In this document: positions 25,677 through 36,316 of the stretch, piece after piece
How the letters are laid out: each line of letters starts with the position of its first letter
How positions within the stretch are numbered: the stretch's first letter is position 1
From: an uncultured Acidimicrobiales bacterium
GTDB lineage: Bacteria; Actinomycetota; Acidimicrobiia; Acidimicrobiales; UBA10347
Reading direction: 5' to 3'
Length of the DNA: 59,732 nt
Assembly (NCBI GenBank): GCA_943788915.1
Contig: CALSSD010000007.1
Coordinates: 186,001 to 245,732 of the forward strand
Program-made: the position numbers and the translations under genes
Notes under the pieces: model-generated
Database searches by the model: none
Seen by the model: only the letters and a program-made list of their open reading frames with translations
Told to the model about the DNA's origin: nothing

Positions 25677-26876
25677 TTAGGTAGCTGAGGCTCGCATCGC
25701 GAAGGCGCCCACGATGGGGCCGGGGGCGAGCATCATGAAGGCAAAACCCCAGTTCGACGCGTCTCGGACCACGGGGACCAGGAAGATCGTGAGCACGGTG
25801 AGCACGAAGCCGATAGCGAGCTGCAACGTGAGTGCCGTGCCAACAGATTGCGGTTCGACGACTTCGGTGACGATGGTTGAGAACTGTGCGCTATCAGCGA
25901 CCACCCAGAAGCCCCAGACGAGCCCGACCATGAGTACGAACGCCGGTGGTGCACCAACAAGGAAGCCGGTGACAAGCGAAGCCAGAGCCGACCAGCGCAT
26001 AGCTAGTTCGGCAGCGCTTGAGCGTTGTTGTCGGTCGGACAATGCTCCGACATAGACCGAGCCGAATGCGCCGATGCCGATGGTGCCGAACGCAGCGATG
26101 CTCGCCGACCGCTGGTTGGTGAACACATCGCCATAGAAGGCTGCGATCCACGCCCACATCGCATAGAGCTCCCACATATGGCCGAAGTAACCCAGGCTCG
26201 CGAGACGAAACTCGCGATTGGCGATAACAGACCGCAGCTTGGCCGGGTCAAACGGAGCTGCTTTGGTGGCGTAGGGGCCATCGGAGCCAAGTCGTTCGGC
26301 AAACAAGCCACCAACCAGGGTGAGTAACGAAGTGGCGCCGATCACGACCTGCCAGTCGAGCTCACCAATGCCATTGATCAAGTGGGGCAGCGCAGAACCC
26401 AGGGTGAGCGCACCGATCATGACGCCGAGTGCGTGCCCCCGCCCGGCCCGGTACCAGCTCGACATTGCCTTGAGTGCAGGTGGATAGACGGCGGCCAAGA
26501 AGACCCCGGTCATGAACCGGGCGCCCAGTGCTGGACCATAGGCGTCGAGCGGAATGATGGCGGCGTTCGCAATGGCGGCGCCGGTGGTGCCGATCAACAT
26601 GAGACGTCGGGGCGGGATGCGATCTGCCAGATTCGCCACCGATGAGCCAGCGGCACCGACGACAAAGCCGAGCTGGAGCACGATGATCAGCCAACTCTTC
26701 GCGGCCGATCCAAGACTCCACTCGACGGTCAGCTGGCCAAGCACTGCTGCGGTTGAGAACCATGTTGACATTGCGAGCACCAACGCCAGCGCAAGGATCC
26801 GCAGTTCACGACGTTGGCCGATCGGGCGTTCCTCAGCCTCGACGTCGGGAGAGTCGTTCGCAGGAGGGCGTGGCAT
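25677..26876 (-). CDS. MFS transporter
   Basis: LADRIPPRRL motif A, GYFGHMWELYAMWAW, VVADSAQFS, about 12 TM segments. Confidence 0.88.
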   Translation of the reverse strand: MPRPPANDSPDVEAEERPIGQRRELRILALALVLAMSTWFSTAAVLGQLTVEWSLGSAAKSWLIIVLQLGFVVGAAGSSVANLADRIPPRRLMLIGTTGAAIANAAIIPLDAYGPALGARFMTGVFLAAVYPPALKAMSSWYRAGRGHALGVMIGALTLGSALPHLINGIGELDWQVVIGATSLLTLVGGLFAERLGSDGPYATKAAPFDPAKLRSVIANREFRLASLGYFGHMWELYAMWAWIAAFYGDVFTNQRSASIAAFGTIGIGAFGSVYVGALSDRQQRSSAAELAMRWSALASLVTGFLVGAPPAFVLMVGLVWGFWVVADSAQFSTIVTEVVEPQSVGTALTLQLAIGFVLTVLTIFLVPVVRDASNWGFAFMMLAPGPIVGAFAMRASAT

Positions 26877-26882
26877 GGGTGC

Positions 26883-27365
26883 TCAGATCGGACAGGCGGT
26901 GAGTTGGTAGGTGCGTAGCCGTTGCTGCAGTGTCCACAACAAAAGGCCAACAGCGGCCATTCCCACAACGGGCTGGACAGGGGCCCACCAGCTCAGGGCA
27001 CCTGACGTGCCGACGAGTGCAACAACTGCTTGATTGCAGACAGGACAGCCGACAGCCAGAAAGGACACGAACCCTGACCACAGGGTTCGGCGTTCCTGCG
27101 TATCGGTCGCCGAACTCGCAGGGGGCCGAATAGCAAGCACTAGTCCGATCAAACCAGCGGTGACCGCCAGGATCACATAGTCGATCGGACGGGGCGGCAC
27201 CGGGCGTCCGAAGATGGGGTTGTCGAGCAGGTCCGATGGAATTGCGATCACAAGCGCGGCAACAACCGTAAATGGAAGTGCCCGCAGCCATGTGGCGGCG
27301 GGCAAGGCCCGAAGGCCGTCTATAAGACTTGCTGAATTGTTAGGCGCTACCAGAACACGAGTCAC
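26883..27365 (-). CDS. Small integral membrane protein with a CxxC motif
   Basis: 4 hydrophobic segments, AVGCPVCNQ, C-terminal ACPI. Confidence 0.7.
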   Translation of the reverse strand: MTRVLVAPNNSASLIDGLRALPAATWLRALPFTVVAALVIAIPSDLLDNPIFGRPVPPRPIDYVILAVTAGLIGLVLAIRPPASSATDTQERRTLWSGFVSFLAVGCPVCNQAVVALVGTSGALSWWAPVQPVVGMAAVGLLLWTLQQRLRTYQLTACPI

Positions 27366-27386
27366 CTGCTGGCCAGCTTCGACCGA

Positions 27387-27542
27387 TCAGGCGGTGTCGT
27401 CGTCGAGACCTTCGGACACACCTTCTTGGAACTCTTTTTGCGCTTGACCAATCGAACGAGCGAGCTTTGGCAGCTTGGCGCCGCCAAAAACGACAAGAAC
27501 GATGACCAAAACGATGATGAGCTCTGTTGCCCCGAGATTCAT
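27387..27542 (-). CDS. tatA: Twin-arginine translocase TatA/TatE subunit
   Basis: MNLGATELIIVLVIVLVVFGGAKLPKLARSIGQAQKEFQEG. TAGGCT -10 box 7 nt upstream. Confidence 0.93.
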   Translation of the reverse strand: MNLGATELIIVLVIVLVVFGGAKLPKLARSIGQAQKEFQEGVSEGLDDDTA

Positions 27543-27588
27543 AGTCGTGAGCCTAGCCCGAGAACGCCGGTGCGACCCGGCGGCCGGT

Positions 27589-27867
27589 CTAGGCGCTGGC
27601 GATCTCGGTAAGAGCTGCTTGGCGGCTTGCGTTGCGCTGGCGACGGATGCGGCGTCGTTCACGCTCGCTCATGCCGCCCCAGATGCCGAACTTCTCGCTA
27701 TTCGCAAGTGCGTACTCAAGGCAGTCGTTTTGCACGACGCAGTTGCGGCAGACCTCTTTGGCTTCGCGCGTGGAAGCACCTCGCTCAGGGAAGAACAAAT
27801 CGGGGTCAACGCCCAGGCAATTTGAGAACTCTTGCCACGAACGATCAAGCATGTCTTTGCGACGCAT
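27589..27867 (-). CDS. whiB: WhiB transcription factor (WhiB2/WhmD-like)
   Basis: WQEFSNCLGVDPDLFFPERGASTREAKEVCRNCVVQNDCLEYALANSEKFGIWGGMSERERRR. SD GAGGAGG. Confidence 0.93.
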   Translation of the reverse strand: MRRKDMLDRSWQEFSNCLGVDPDLFFPERGASTREAKEVCRNCVVQNDCLEYALANSEKFGIWGGMSERERRRIRRQRNASRQAALTEIASA

Positions 27868-27894
27868 TGCGCCTCCTCAAAGGGAATCCACCCT

Positions 27895-27946
27895 TTGTAA
27901 TTACAACGGTGTCATCATTGTGTCAGCGGGAATGCCAAAAGTGCAA
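27895..27946 (-). promoter_or_regulatory. whiB promoter region: TTGCAC-18-CACAAT, two GACAC motifs, 12-bp palindrome
   Basis: Minus-strand -35 at 27941-27946 and -10 at 27917-27922; GACAC at 27920-27924 and 27909-27913; TTGTAATTACAA at 27895-27906. Confidence 0.55.
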
Positions 27947-28109
27947 GGCCGATCTGGCTTTTTGCGTGCTTTTTGGCCTGTTTTTGCGGTTTTCGTCGCA
28001 AAACCGCCCAATCTTGCACCTTTCTCGTCGTTGTTGACCCCAATTAACACCAACAACATGAGCAACAGGGCTGTTTTGAGGAGCGAATGAACTCCGCTAC
28101 CTTCAGGCA

Positions 28110-28868
28110 ATGACCACCCAGCGTGACCATGATTTGGTCGTACTCATCACCGGTGCCTCCAGCGGAATCGGGGCGGCGACCACACGTGCCATGTGTTCTG
28201 CAGGTATGACCGTGCACGCCACCGCCCGCCGAGAGCAACGGTTGCACGATCTCGCGGCCGAAACCGGCTGCATTCCTCATGTGTTAGATGTGTGCGACGC
28301 TGCCGGCGTGAAATCGCTGATTGCCGAGATCGGGACGGTTGACATTTTGGTCAACAACGCCGGCCTGGGGCGGGCCTGGGGTTCACTCACCGAGGCCACC
28401 TACGACGACATCGAAGTTACGGTTTCGACAAATGTCACCGCTGCCATCCATATGGTTCAGGTCGTACTTCCTGGAATGATCGCTCAGGGCTCGGGCCACA
28501 TCGTCAACGTCGGTTCGATGGCTGGGTTATATCCGCTGAGTTCAGCGCTGTACGGCGCGACCAAGGGCGCCATGCATCGGCTGTCGACCAATCTGCGGCT
28601 TGAACTTCAGGGAACCGGCGTGCGGGTGACCGAGATCTGCCCCGGCAGAATCCAAACCGAGTTCTACCAGATCGCTATCGACGACGAACAGGCACGCACC
28701 GCCGTCCTCGACACCGGTGCTGCCGAAATCACCGCGGCCGAATGCGCTGACACCATCCTCTACGCAGTAAATGCGGCACCTCACATCAATATCAATCGGA
28801 TCGAACTGCAACCCACCGAGCAGACCTACGGCGGCAGTCAGTACGCGCTACGAAAGAATCGACCATGA
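28110..28868 (+). CDS. SDR oxidoreductase (YdfG-like)
   Basis: TGASSGIG, LVNNAG, YGATK. Confidence 0.92.
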   Translation: MTTQRDHDLVVLITGASSGIGAATTRAMCSAGMTVHATARREQRLHDLAAETGCIPHVLDVCDAAGVKSLIAEIGTVDILVNNAGLGRAWGSLTEATYDDIEVTVSTNVTAAIHMVQVVLPGMIAQGSGHIVNVGSMAGLYPLSSALYGATKGAMHRLSTNLRLELQGTGVRVTEICPGRIQTEFYQIAIDDEQARTAVLDTGAAEITAAECADTILYAVNAAPHININRIELQPTEQTYGGSQYALRKNRP

Positions 28869-29629
28869 CCTTGGCCGAGGGCACATTCACCGGAAAGGTG
28901 ATTGTTATCACCGGCGCTGCTTCAGGCATGGGAGCCGCTTGCGCGCGACTGTTTACCGAACTCGGTGGCACCGTCGCCATCATCGATATCGACGAGGAGC
29001 GAGCGAATCAGGTTGCTACTGAGATTGCGGCCGACGATCCCATCATCGGCGATATCGCCGACAGCAACTTCTGCGTCCAGGCGATCGATGCGATCACCGA
29101 GCGCTACCAGCGACTCAATGTACTCGTGAACGCTGCCGGCACGATTCATCGGGCCGATGCCCTTGGAACCAGCGACGACGATTGGCGCCGGGTTATGGGC
29201 GTGAACATCGACGGCATGTTCTACCTCAGCCGGGCTGCAGTCGCCTACATGTCAGAACAAGGACAAGGCACCATCATCAACTTCGGCAGCATCTGGGGTG
29301 GCGTGGCGTCTACTGGTTCGACTGCCTACTGCGTGTCAAAGGGCGCCGTGCATCAACTCACTCGGGCCATGGCGCTTGATCATGTGCACCAGGGGATACG
29401 GATCAACGCGGTGGCACCAGGCGAGGTCCGAACACCTATGTTGTCCAGCCAGCGCGCCTCTCCCCCGTCCGAGGCCGATCTCCAAGCCCTTGCCGACGCG
29501 ACCATCCCGATGAAACGTCTGGCTGAGCCACGCGAGATCGCGAACGTCGTCGCGTTTTTGGCCAGCGACGATGCAAGTTATATGACTGGCGAGATCGTGC
29601 ACGTCGATGCGGGGTACACCGCGCGGTAA
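28865..29629 (+). CDS. SDR oxidoreductase (classical)
   Basis: TGAASGMG, YCVSK, IRINAVAPG, YMTGEIVHVDAG. ATGA overlap with the upstream SDR. Confidence 0.92.
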   Translation: MTLAEGTFTGKVIVITGAASGMGAACARLFTELGGTVAIIDIDEERANQVATEIAADDPIIGDIADSNFCVQAIDAITERYQRLNVLVNAAGTIHRADALGTSDDDWRRVMGVNIDGMFYLSRAAVAYMSEQGQGTIINFGSIWGGVASTGSTAYCVSKGAVHQLTRAMALDHVHQGIRINAVAPGEVRTPMLSSQRASPPSEADLQALADATIPMKRLAEPREIANVVAFLASDDASYMTGEIVHVDAGYTAR

Positions 29630-29646
29630 CGACCGGAGCGTTGCGT

Positions 29647-31683
29647 TTAACGGCGCCCGGTGCGCATCGCCCGTTTGTGCTCGACAAAGTCGACTAACAC
29701 ATAGTCACCCAGGTTCTGAGGTGTCGTAAAGAATGCACGTCCGCCGTTGAGCTGGGTGATCTTCTCGATGAATCGTGTCAGATACGGCGTGGCATCGAGC
29801 ATGAAGACGTTGATCCGGATGTCTTCGCGAGTGCACCGGTTGACTTCGATGAGAGTCTTGTCGATCGTCTCTTGGATCGGTGGATAGTTGAACTGTGGCC
29901 GGCCGTAGTCGTCGAGATGTGCCGTGGGCTCGCCGTCGGTGATCATGATGATCTGTTTCGTACCCGTCTGCTTCGAGAGCATGTCGCGGGCCAACATGAA
30001 ACCATGCTGCATGTTCGTGCCGTACACAAAGTCCCATTGCACGCCTGGCAGCTTGGTCGGCTCGATCACCGTGGCGACATCGCTGAAGCCAACGACGCCT
30101 AGATAGTCACGGGGATATTGCGACGAGATCAGGCCGTACAACGCCATGGCGACCTTCTTGGCCGGAAGGAAGTTGTCACGCATCGGCATGGACAGCGACA
30201 TGTCGAGCATGAGCACGGTGGACGATCGCACCTGGTTTTCGGTCCGTTCGACCTCGAAGTCGTCGGGCGTGAGCTGCACCGGCGTGCCGCCACCGGTGCG
30301 GGTGATGGCGTTGCGAATCGTCTTGCCAATATGGAGGTTGAACGGGTCGCCCCACTCGTACGGCTTCGTCGTGTACTCGCGTTCGTGGCCCTGGCCCGAC
30401 TCGTGTAGTTCGTGGCGACCAACAGTGTTCTTGGCCAGCTTGGCGAACAGGTCAGACAGCGCCTGGTTGGCTATACGACGAATGGCCCGGGGAGTTAGCT
30501 CGAGTTTGCCGTCGTTGTTCTCGACCAGGCCAGAGTCTTCGAGCATCTTCGACAGCTGGCTGAGTTGCTCGAGCGAGTTCGCTGCATCGTTGCCCATGAG
30601 CTCTCGGGCCCGCTCGATATCAACTTCGGCCAGGGCCCCTGGATTTGTGGTTCCCCGGAGCAAGTTCTCGAGCTGGTCAAGATCGTTGAGGTCGCCCATC
30701 ATGTCCATGGCTGAACCCATGTCGAGCGGATCGAATCCCGAGAAGTCATACGACTGCTGCCAGCCGGCGTCGGGGAACATCTGCTGCAGGTTTTGACCAA
30801 GCTGATCGACCTGCCACTTCAGATCCATGTCTTCGAGCAGCTGGTCAGACAGGGCCTGCATTTGTGCCCGCTGCTCGGGGGTCATCGAGTTCATCATGGC
30901 CTGGGCGGCGGCCATACGTTGGGCCATGACCTCGAGTAGCTCGTCGAGTGTCTCGGGGTTCTCGGGGAAGAAGTCGCCGAACTTGTCCATGAAGCCGTCG
31001 AAGTCAGGTTCTTCGCCACGTTGGCGCTGGTCGAGCATGTTGTTGAGCTCAGACATCATGTCTTTGAGCCGTTCCATGTCTTCGGGCGACATGTCGCTCA
31101 CACCTTCGGCCATCTCGTCGAGCTGGCTTTGCATCAGCTGCTCGCGCAGTCGATCCATGAGATCGTCGAAGCGTTGTTGTGCGTCGGCGGACTGGAAGTC
31201 GTAGTTCTCGAGCCCTTTGACCTGGCCGGCGAGGTCTTGCGGGAGCAGGTCGAGCTGGATGTTCTTCTCGGTGACCGAATTTTGGGTCAGGTCGTTACGA
31301 CGATCATCGCCCGAGTTACGGGCCTCGTCGGCCAGGGCCTCGAGTGCAGAACGTTCCTCGCTGACCAGTTCGCGCAGTTCTTGAGCGATTTCGTCGTAGA
31401 CACCGCCCAGGTCGTTGTTTTCGAGCCGTTGGCGACGTTCTTCAGCCAGTTGTTCGAGCAGTTCGCGCAGGCCCTGAATGTGGTTGCCGTCGACGTCGAA
31501 ACCTTGCTGCAGTAGGTTACGCAGTGCACTATTTGGGTCGCCGTGGTGGATCAGCTCATCACTGAGCTCGGCGAATAGGTCAAACGCGTTGAGGTCAAAG
31601 CCGGCTTGTGAGCCGTCCCAGCGTGAGTACGCGTATCGACGCGCTTCGGCATCACGCTTGCGACGGAACCGACGTAACACCAT
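29647..31683 (-). CDS. VWA domain protein with long helical N-terminus
   Basis: YSRWDGSQ N-terminus; MIDAS DMSLSM...GTNMQHG...ITDGEPTAH. Confidence 0.88.
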   Translation of the reverse strand: MVLRRFRRKRDAEARRYAYSRWDGSQAGFDLNAFDLFAELSDELIHHGDPNSALRNLLQQGFDVDGNHIQGLRELLEQLAEERRQRLENNDLGGVYDEIAQELRELVSEERSALEALADEARNSGDDRRNDLTQNSVTEKNIQLDLLPQDLAGQVKGLENYDFQSADAQQRFDDLMDRLREQLMQSQLDEMAEGVSDMSPEDMERLKDMMSELNNMLDQRQRGEEPDFDGFMDKFGDFFPENPETLDELLEVMAQRMAAAQAMMNSMTPEQRAQMQALSDQLLEDMDLKWQVDQLGQNLQQMFPDAGWQQSYDFSGFDPLDMGSAMDMMGDLNDLDQLENLLRGTTNPGALAEVDIERARELMGNDAANSLEQLSQLSKMLEDSGLVENNDGKLELTPRAIRRIANQALSDLFAKLAKNTVGRHELHESGQGHEREYTTKPYEWGDPFNLHIGKTIRNAITRTGGGTPVQLTPDDFEVERTENQVRSSTVLMLDMSLSMPMRDNFLPAKKVAMALYGLISSQYPRDYLGVVGFSDVATVIEPTKLPGVQWDFVYGTNMQHGFMLARDMLSKQTGTKQIIMITDGEPTAHLDDYGRPQFNYPPIQETIDKTLIEVNRCTREDIRINVFMLDATPYLTRFIEKITQLNGGRAFFTTPQNLGDYVLVDFVEHKRAMRTGRR

Positions 31684-31881
31684 GCGGTAACCCTACGTCA
31701 ATCAGCGTGTCTCGCCCAGCCGGACGGACAACGTTGAGTCAGGCGATACCGACCATCGCTGCTGCGAACAGCATTACGAGCAGCAGGACGTTGTGAAGAT
31801 CTTCTAGTTGCACCCCCTGTGATCGGCCCGGTCGGACAGGACATAAGGCTTTCAATCAACAAAGCCCCACGATCCCCCGTA

Positions 31882-32270
31882 GTGGATACGCAGCGAACGG
31901 CGGCGTTTCTGCACGCTCACCTCGATGACGAGGCCGTCTTCACCGGCGGGACCATGGCCATGTTGGCTGAACAGGGCCACCGGACAGTGTCACCGGACAG
32001 GGCCACCAGGTCGTGCTGCTGGTCGCTACTTGGGGCGAACTTAGTGTTTCCGAGGACTAGGCGCGAGCGACCTGGGGATGCCTTCGTTGCTGATCGACCT
32101 GGCCGTCGATTCCCGCACCGTGCTTGACGCAAAACGAAGCGCTCTGGCAGCCCATGCAAGCCGGCTTCCAGCGATGCACCCGCCGTTGCGCTTGGCCAGC
32201 AGAACTTCGCTGTGGTCTATGGCTATGAGTGGTATTCGCGCGCTGGCCCGCCCGGCGTAATCGATGACCT
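31882..32270 (+). pseudogene. Degraded PIG-L family deacetylase (MshB/Mca-like)
   Basis: FLHAHLDDEAVFTGGTMAMLAEQGH | (26-bp insertion, frame change) QVVLLVATWGE ... AKRSALAAHAS. The HPDDE motif is mutated and the central part is missing. Confidence 0.7.
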
Positions 32271-32457
32271 TCCCTGTGCCGAGAGGCCGTGCGGATAGGT
32301 GCGAGCCCAGATGCCTCCAGGCCGATGTTGCCGCTCTTGTTCGCTGCGCTCACGGGCCGCTGGGCCACGGCTCAGCTCGCCCCGAAGCCGAACACGCTCG
32401 CCTATCCGCTGACCCTCCTAACACGGAGCGGGCTTGAGTGCGTACCCTTTGCCGTGC

Positions 32458-33393
32458 ATGACCGAGATCGATCCGTATCTAACGTTCGACGCCCAAGCCT
32501 GGGGTCGGCTTCGCGCCGCCACCCCCATGACCTTGGACCAAGAAGACATCGAACGGCTCCAAGGCGTGAACGAGCGGCTTTCGATCGACGAGATCGAACG
32601 CACCTACCTTCCGTTGTCGCGGCTGCTCAGCCTGTATGTGGGTGCGGTGCAGGACCTGTCGCGTACCACCGATGTTTTCCTCGGCACACCTCCTGACAAG
32701 GTCCCGTACCTGATCGGGCTGGCAGGAAGTGTTGCTGTTGGCAAGAGCACGAGCGCCCGCGTATTGCAGACCTTGCTGAGCCGCTGGCCCAACAGTCCCC
32801 GGGTTGACCTGATCACGACCGACGGCTTCCTGTACCCGAACGATGCGCTCAAAGAACGTGGTCTGATGGCACGCAAAGGGTTCCCCGAGTCTTATGACCA
32901 GCGGGCGTTGCTCGACTGCGTGTCTCGGCTGAAGTCGGGCGAACAGAACATCGAGATCCCGGTGTATTCGCACCTGACCTACGACGTGTTGCCTGACCGT
33001 CGCCGCCTGATCGAAGCACCCGACGTGATCATCATCGAGGGTCTTAATGTGCTGCAGACCGGCGCCGCGACCCCCGATGGTCCACGAGTGTTCGTCAGTG
33101 ATTACTTCGACTTCGCGATCTATATCGACGCTGACCCGGCAATCGTGCGCAACTGGTACATCGAGCGTTTCTTGACGCTGCGTGAGTCAGCATTCGCTGA
33201 CCCCCGTTCGTATTTCTCTCGTTACGCGTCGTTGAGCGACGAGGAGGCCGTCGAAACCGCCTCTGGTATCTGGGACGCCATCAACGGCCCGAACCTGGTC
33301 GAGAACATCGCACCCACCCGTGACCGGGCCGACCTGGTGCTGCGCAAGGGCCTGAATCACGATGTCGAAGAGATTCGCCTTCGCCGACTCTGA
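32458..33393 (+). CDS. coaA: Type I pantothenate kinase
   Basis: [47 protein letters not shown]. Confidence 0.96.
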   Translation: MTEIDPYLTFDAQAWGRLRAATPMTLDQEDIERLQGVNERLSIDEIERTYLPLSRLLSLYVGAVQDLSRTTDVFLGTPPDKVPYLIGLAGSVAVGKSTSARVLQTLLSRWPNSPRVDLITTDGFLYPNDALKERGLMARKGFPESYDQRALLDCVSRLKSGEQNIEIPVYSHLTYDVLPDRRRLIEAPDVIIIEGLNVLQTGAATPDGPRVFVSDYFDFAIYIDADPAIVRNWYIERFLTLRESAFADPRSYFSRYASLSDEEAVETASGIWDAINGPNLVENIAPTRDRADLVLRKGLNHDVEEIRLRRL

Positions 33394-33428
33394 TTCCGAC
33401 GGCGACTTGCCGTCGCTACAGTCGCACC

Positions 33429-34277
33429 GTGCGAGTACTTGTCACCGGAAGCGCTGGACAACTGGGCACCGACGTTGTCCTTGCCTGTGAGGCTGCCGGC
33501 GACGAGGTCATAGGCCTGAGCCGCGCCGAACTCGACATCAGCGATTTGGGCGCTGTGCGTCGAGTTGTTGACGAGGTCAGGCCTGACGCGATCATCAATT
33601 GCGCGGCGTGGACTGCCGTCGACGACTGCGAAGCGGATCCTGAGCGGGCTGACAGAATTAACCATCAGGGTGTGGGCTACCTTGCCGAAGCCAGCGCAGC
33701 GGTGGGTGCCCATCTGGTGCAGGTCTCGACCGACTATGTCTTCGATGGCACGAAGTCCTCGGCTTATACCGAGCGCGACACCCCTAACCCTCAGAGTGTG
33801 TACGGCGCCACGAAGCTGGCAGGTGAACGCGCTGCTGGCCCCGACGCCACTGTCGTGCGTACCTCATGGGTGTGCAGCGCTCATGGCGGCAACATGGTCG
33901 CCACCATTCTGCGTTTGGCCGGGGCCCATGATCGCTTGAGCTTCGTGGCAGACCAGCGGGGAAACCCGACCTTCACGTCTGACCTGGCGTTGGCACTTCG
34001 CCAACTGGCCGTAGACCGACACTGCGGCGTCCTACATGTCACGAACGCCGAGACGGTTTCGTGGTTTGAGTTTGCGCAAGCGGTTCTCGAAGCGGCGGGT
34101 GGCGACCCAACCCGGGTCTCACCGATTACAACCGCAGAGCTGCTTCCAGCACGCCCAGCGCCACGACCAGCGAACTCTGCGTTGTCGAACGAACTGTTCG
34201 CCCAGTGTGGTTATGCGCCGCTTCCGGCCTTCCGTGAAACGCTGCCTGCCATCGTTGCCGCGTATCTGCCTGACTAA
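33429..34277 (+). CDS. rfbD: dTDP-4-dehydrorhamnose reductase
   Basis: TGSAGQLG, STDYVFDG, YGATKLAGE, RPANSAL. Confidence 0.95.
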   Translation: MRVLVTGSAGQLGTDVVLACEAAGDEVIGLSRAELDISDLGAVRRVVDEVRPDAIINCAAWTAVDDCEADPERADRINHQGVGYLAEASAAVGAHLVQVSTDYVFDGTKSSAYTERDTPNPQSVYGATKLAGERAAGPDATVVRTSWVCSAHGGNMVATILRLAGAHDRLSFVADQRGNPTFTSDLALALRQLAVDRHCGVLHVTNAETVSWFEFAQAVLEAAGGDPTRVSPITTAELLPARPAPRPANSALSNELFAQCGYAPLPAFRETLPAIVAAYLPD

Positions 34278-34364
34278 CGCTGGGGCTCGTGTTCGGTCGC
34301 TGCACATCTGGGTTCGCGCGACCCCCGCCTGCGGCGCGCGAGTTGACAGCTAGGGTCGGTAACC

Positions 34365-35234
34365 GTGAAAGGCATCATTCTTGCGGGAGGGACGGGTTCC
34401 CGTCTGCATCCCCTCACCATCGGCACGTCCAAACAGCTGTTGCCGGTCTATGACAAACCCATGATCTACTACCCGCTGTCGGTGCTGATGCTGGCCGGAA
34501 TCAGCGAGATTCTTGTGATCACCACCCCGCATGAGAGCGAGCCGTTCAAACGGTTGCTTGGTGATGGGTCTCAATGGGGTGTGTCGATCAGTTATGCGGT
34601 GCAGCCATCGCCGGATGGGCTGGCGCAAGCGTTCTTGATCGGTGAAGAGTTTCTCGACGGCCAGGCTGCGGCACTGGTGTTAGGCGACAACTTGTTCTAT
34701 GGCGCTGGCTTTTCGGCACTGGTCACCCAGGCCGCGGCCAAACCGGTTGGTGGCACGATCTTTGGCTACCACGTGAAGGACCCGCACCGCTACGGGATCG
34801 TCGAGCTCGACGCTGCCGGACGCGCACTTTCGATCGAAGAGAAACCCGAGTCGCCTCGCAGCAGTTGGGCGGTGACCGGCCTGTACTTCTTCGATGACCA
34901 GGTCGTCTCTGCGGCACGCTCGGTGCAGCCTTCACCGCGGGGTGAGCTTGAAATCACGTCGGTGATCGATTGGTACCTGCAACGGGGCGAGATCGATGTT
35001 GCCACCCTGGATCGTGGCTTCGCCTGGCTTGACACCGGCACGTTCGACTCGATGGTCGAAGCGTCAGAGTTTGTCCGCGTCATTCAACATCGCCAAAACC
35101 GCCAGATCGCCTGCCTCGAAGAAATCGCTTGGGAAAAAGGTTGGATCGGCGATGATGCGTTGGTGGCTGCGGGCCAGGCAATGGCGAACAACAGTTATGG
35201 CCAGTACCTGCTCGGCCTAAAGGAACGGCACTGA
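34365..35234 (+). CDS. rfbA: Glucose-1-phosphate thymidylyltransferase
   Basis: [42 protein letters not shown]. Confidence 0.97.
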   Translation: MKGIILAGGTGSRLHPLTIGTSKQLLPVYDKPMIYYPLSVLMLAGISEILVITTPHESEPFKRLLGDGSQWGVSISYAVQPSPDGLAQAFLIGEEFLDGQAAALVLGDNLFYGAGFSALVTQAAAKPVGGTIFGYHVKDPHRYGIVELDAAGRALSIEEKPESPRSSWAVTGLYFFDDQVVSAARSVQPSPRGELEITSVIDWYLQRGEIDVATLDRGFAWLDTGTFDSMVEASEFVRVIQHRQNRQIACLEEIAWEKGWIGDDALVAAGQAMANNSYGQYLLGLKERH

Positions 35235-36316
35235 TGCGCATTCTGGTCACCGGTGGTCGAGGCTTCATCGGGTCTGCCGTCGTTCGCACACTTATTGGCT
35301 CGACCGAACACCAGGTCGTGAACGTCGACCGACTCACCTATGCCTCGACCGCTGGGTCGGTCGCTGCGGTCGCCGATGATGCCCGCTACCACTTTGAACA
35401 AGCCGACATCTGCGATGCTGCAGCCATGGCCGACATCTTTGGTCGCCATCAGCCCGACGTTGTTATGCATCTTGCCGCCGAGTCACATGTTGACCGGTCC
35501 ATCGATGGCCCGGGCGAGTTCATTCGCACCAACCTGGTCGGTACCTATGAGCTGCTCGAGGCTGCTCGTGCCGCTGGTGTGCAGCGGTTTCATCACGTGA
35601 GCACCGACGAGGTGTTCGGCTCACTGTCTCTGACCGACCCGGGCTTCACCGAGTCGTCGCCTTATGACCCCCGATCGCCGTATTCTGCGAGCAAGGCGGG
35701 CAGCGATCATCTGGTGCGGGCATGGGGTGAAACCTATGGAATGCCGATTGTGATCACGAACTGCTCGAATAATTACGGGCCATTTCATTTCCCCGAAAAG
35801 CTCGTTCCCCTGGTCACTATCAGGGCATTGGCTGGCGAACCACTTCCGGTGTATGGCCAGGGTGACAATGTCCGCGATTGGTTGCACGTCGAAGATCATG
35901 CTCGTGCGCTGATCCAAGTAGCCGAGCATGGCGTAGCCGGCGAGACGTACAACATTGGTGGCAACGAAGAGCGCACCAATCTCGAGGTTGTGCATGCAAT
36001 CTGTGACCTGGTCGATGAGCTCACGCCGCCGCTTGGCTCGGTGTCTACACGGCGGGATCTCATCGAGTTCGTCACCGATCGTCCTGGCCATGATCTGCGA
36101 TACGCGATCGATTCCACCAAGATCAAGAACGAACTTGGCTGGGAACCGACCCGATCCTTTGACCAGGGTCTGCGGGAAACAGTGGCGTGGTATCTGGCCA
36201 ATCAGGCGTGGTGGGGGCCGCTGCGAGATCAGCGGGCAACCGATCGCCGTGGTCTCAGCGACACGCAGAATTCCGGCAACACCACAGAACTCAGCGACAC
36301 GAAGGAATCTGACTGA
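35234..36316 (+). CDS. rfbB: dTDP-glucose 4,6-dehydratase
   Basis: [37 protein letters not shown]. Confidence 0.97.
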   Translation: MRILVTGGRGFIGSAVVRTLIGSTEHQVVNVDRLTYASTAGSVAAVADDARYHFEQADICDAAAMADIFGRHQPDVVMHLAAESHVDRSIDGPGEFIRTNLVGTYELLEAARAAGVQRFHHVSTDEVFGSLSLTDPGFTESSPYDPRSPYSASKAGSDHLVRAWGETYGMPIVITNCSNNYGPFHFPEKLVPLVTIRALAGEPLPVYGQGDNVRDWLHVEDHARALIQVAEHGVAGETYNIGGNEERTNLEVVHAICDLVDELTPPLGSVSTRRDLIEFVTDRPGHDLRYAIDSTKIKNELGWEPTRSFDQGLRETVAWYLANQAWWGPLRDQRATDRRGLSDTQNSGNTTELSDTKESD

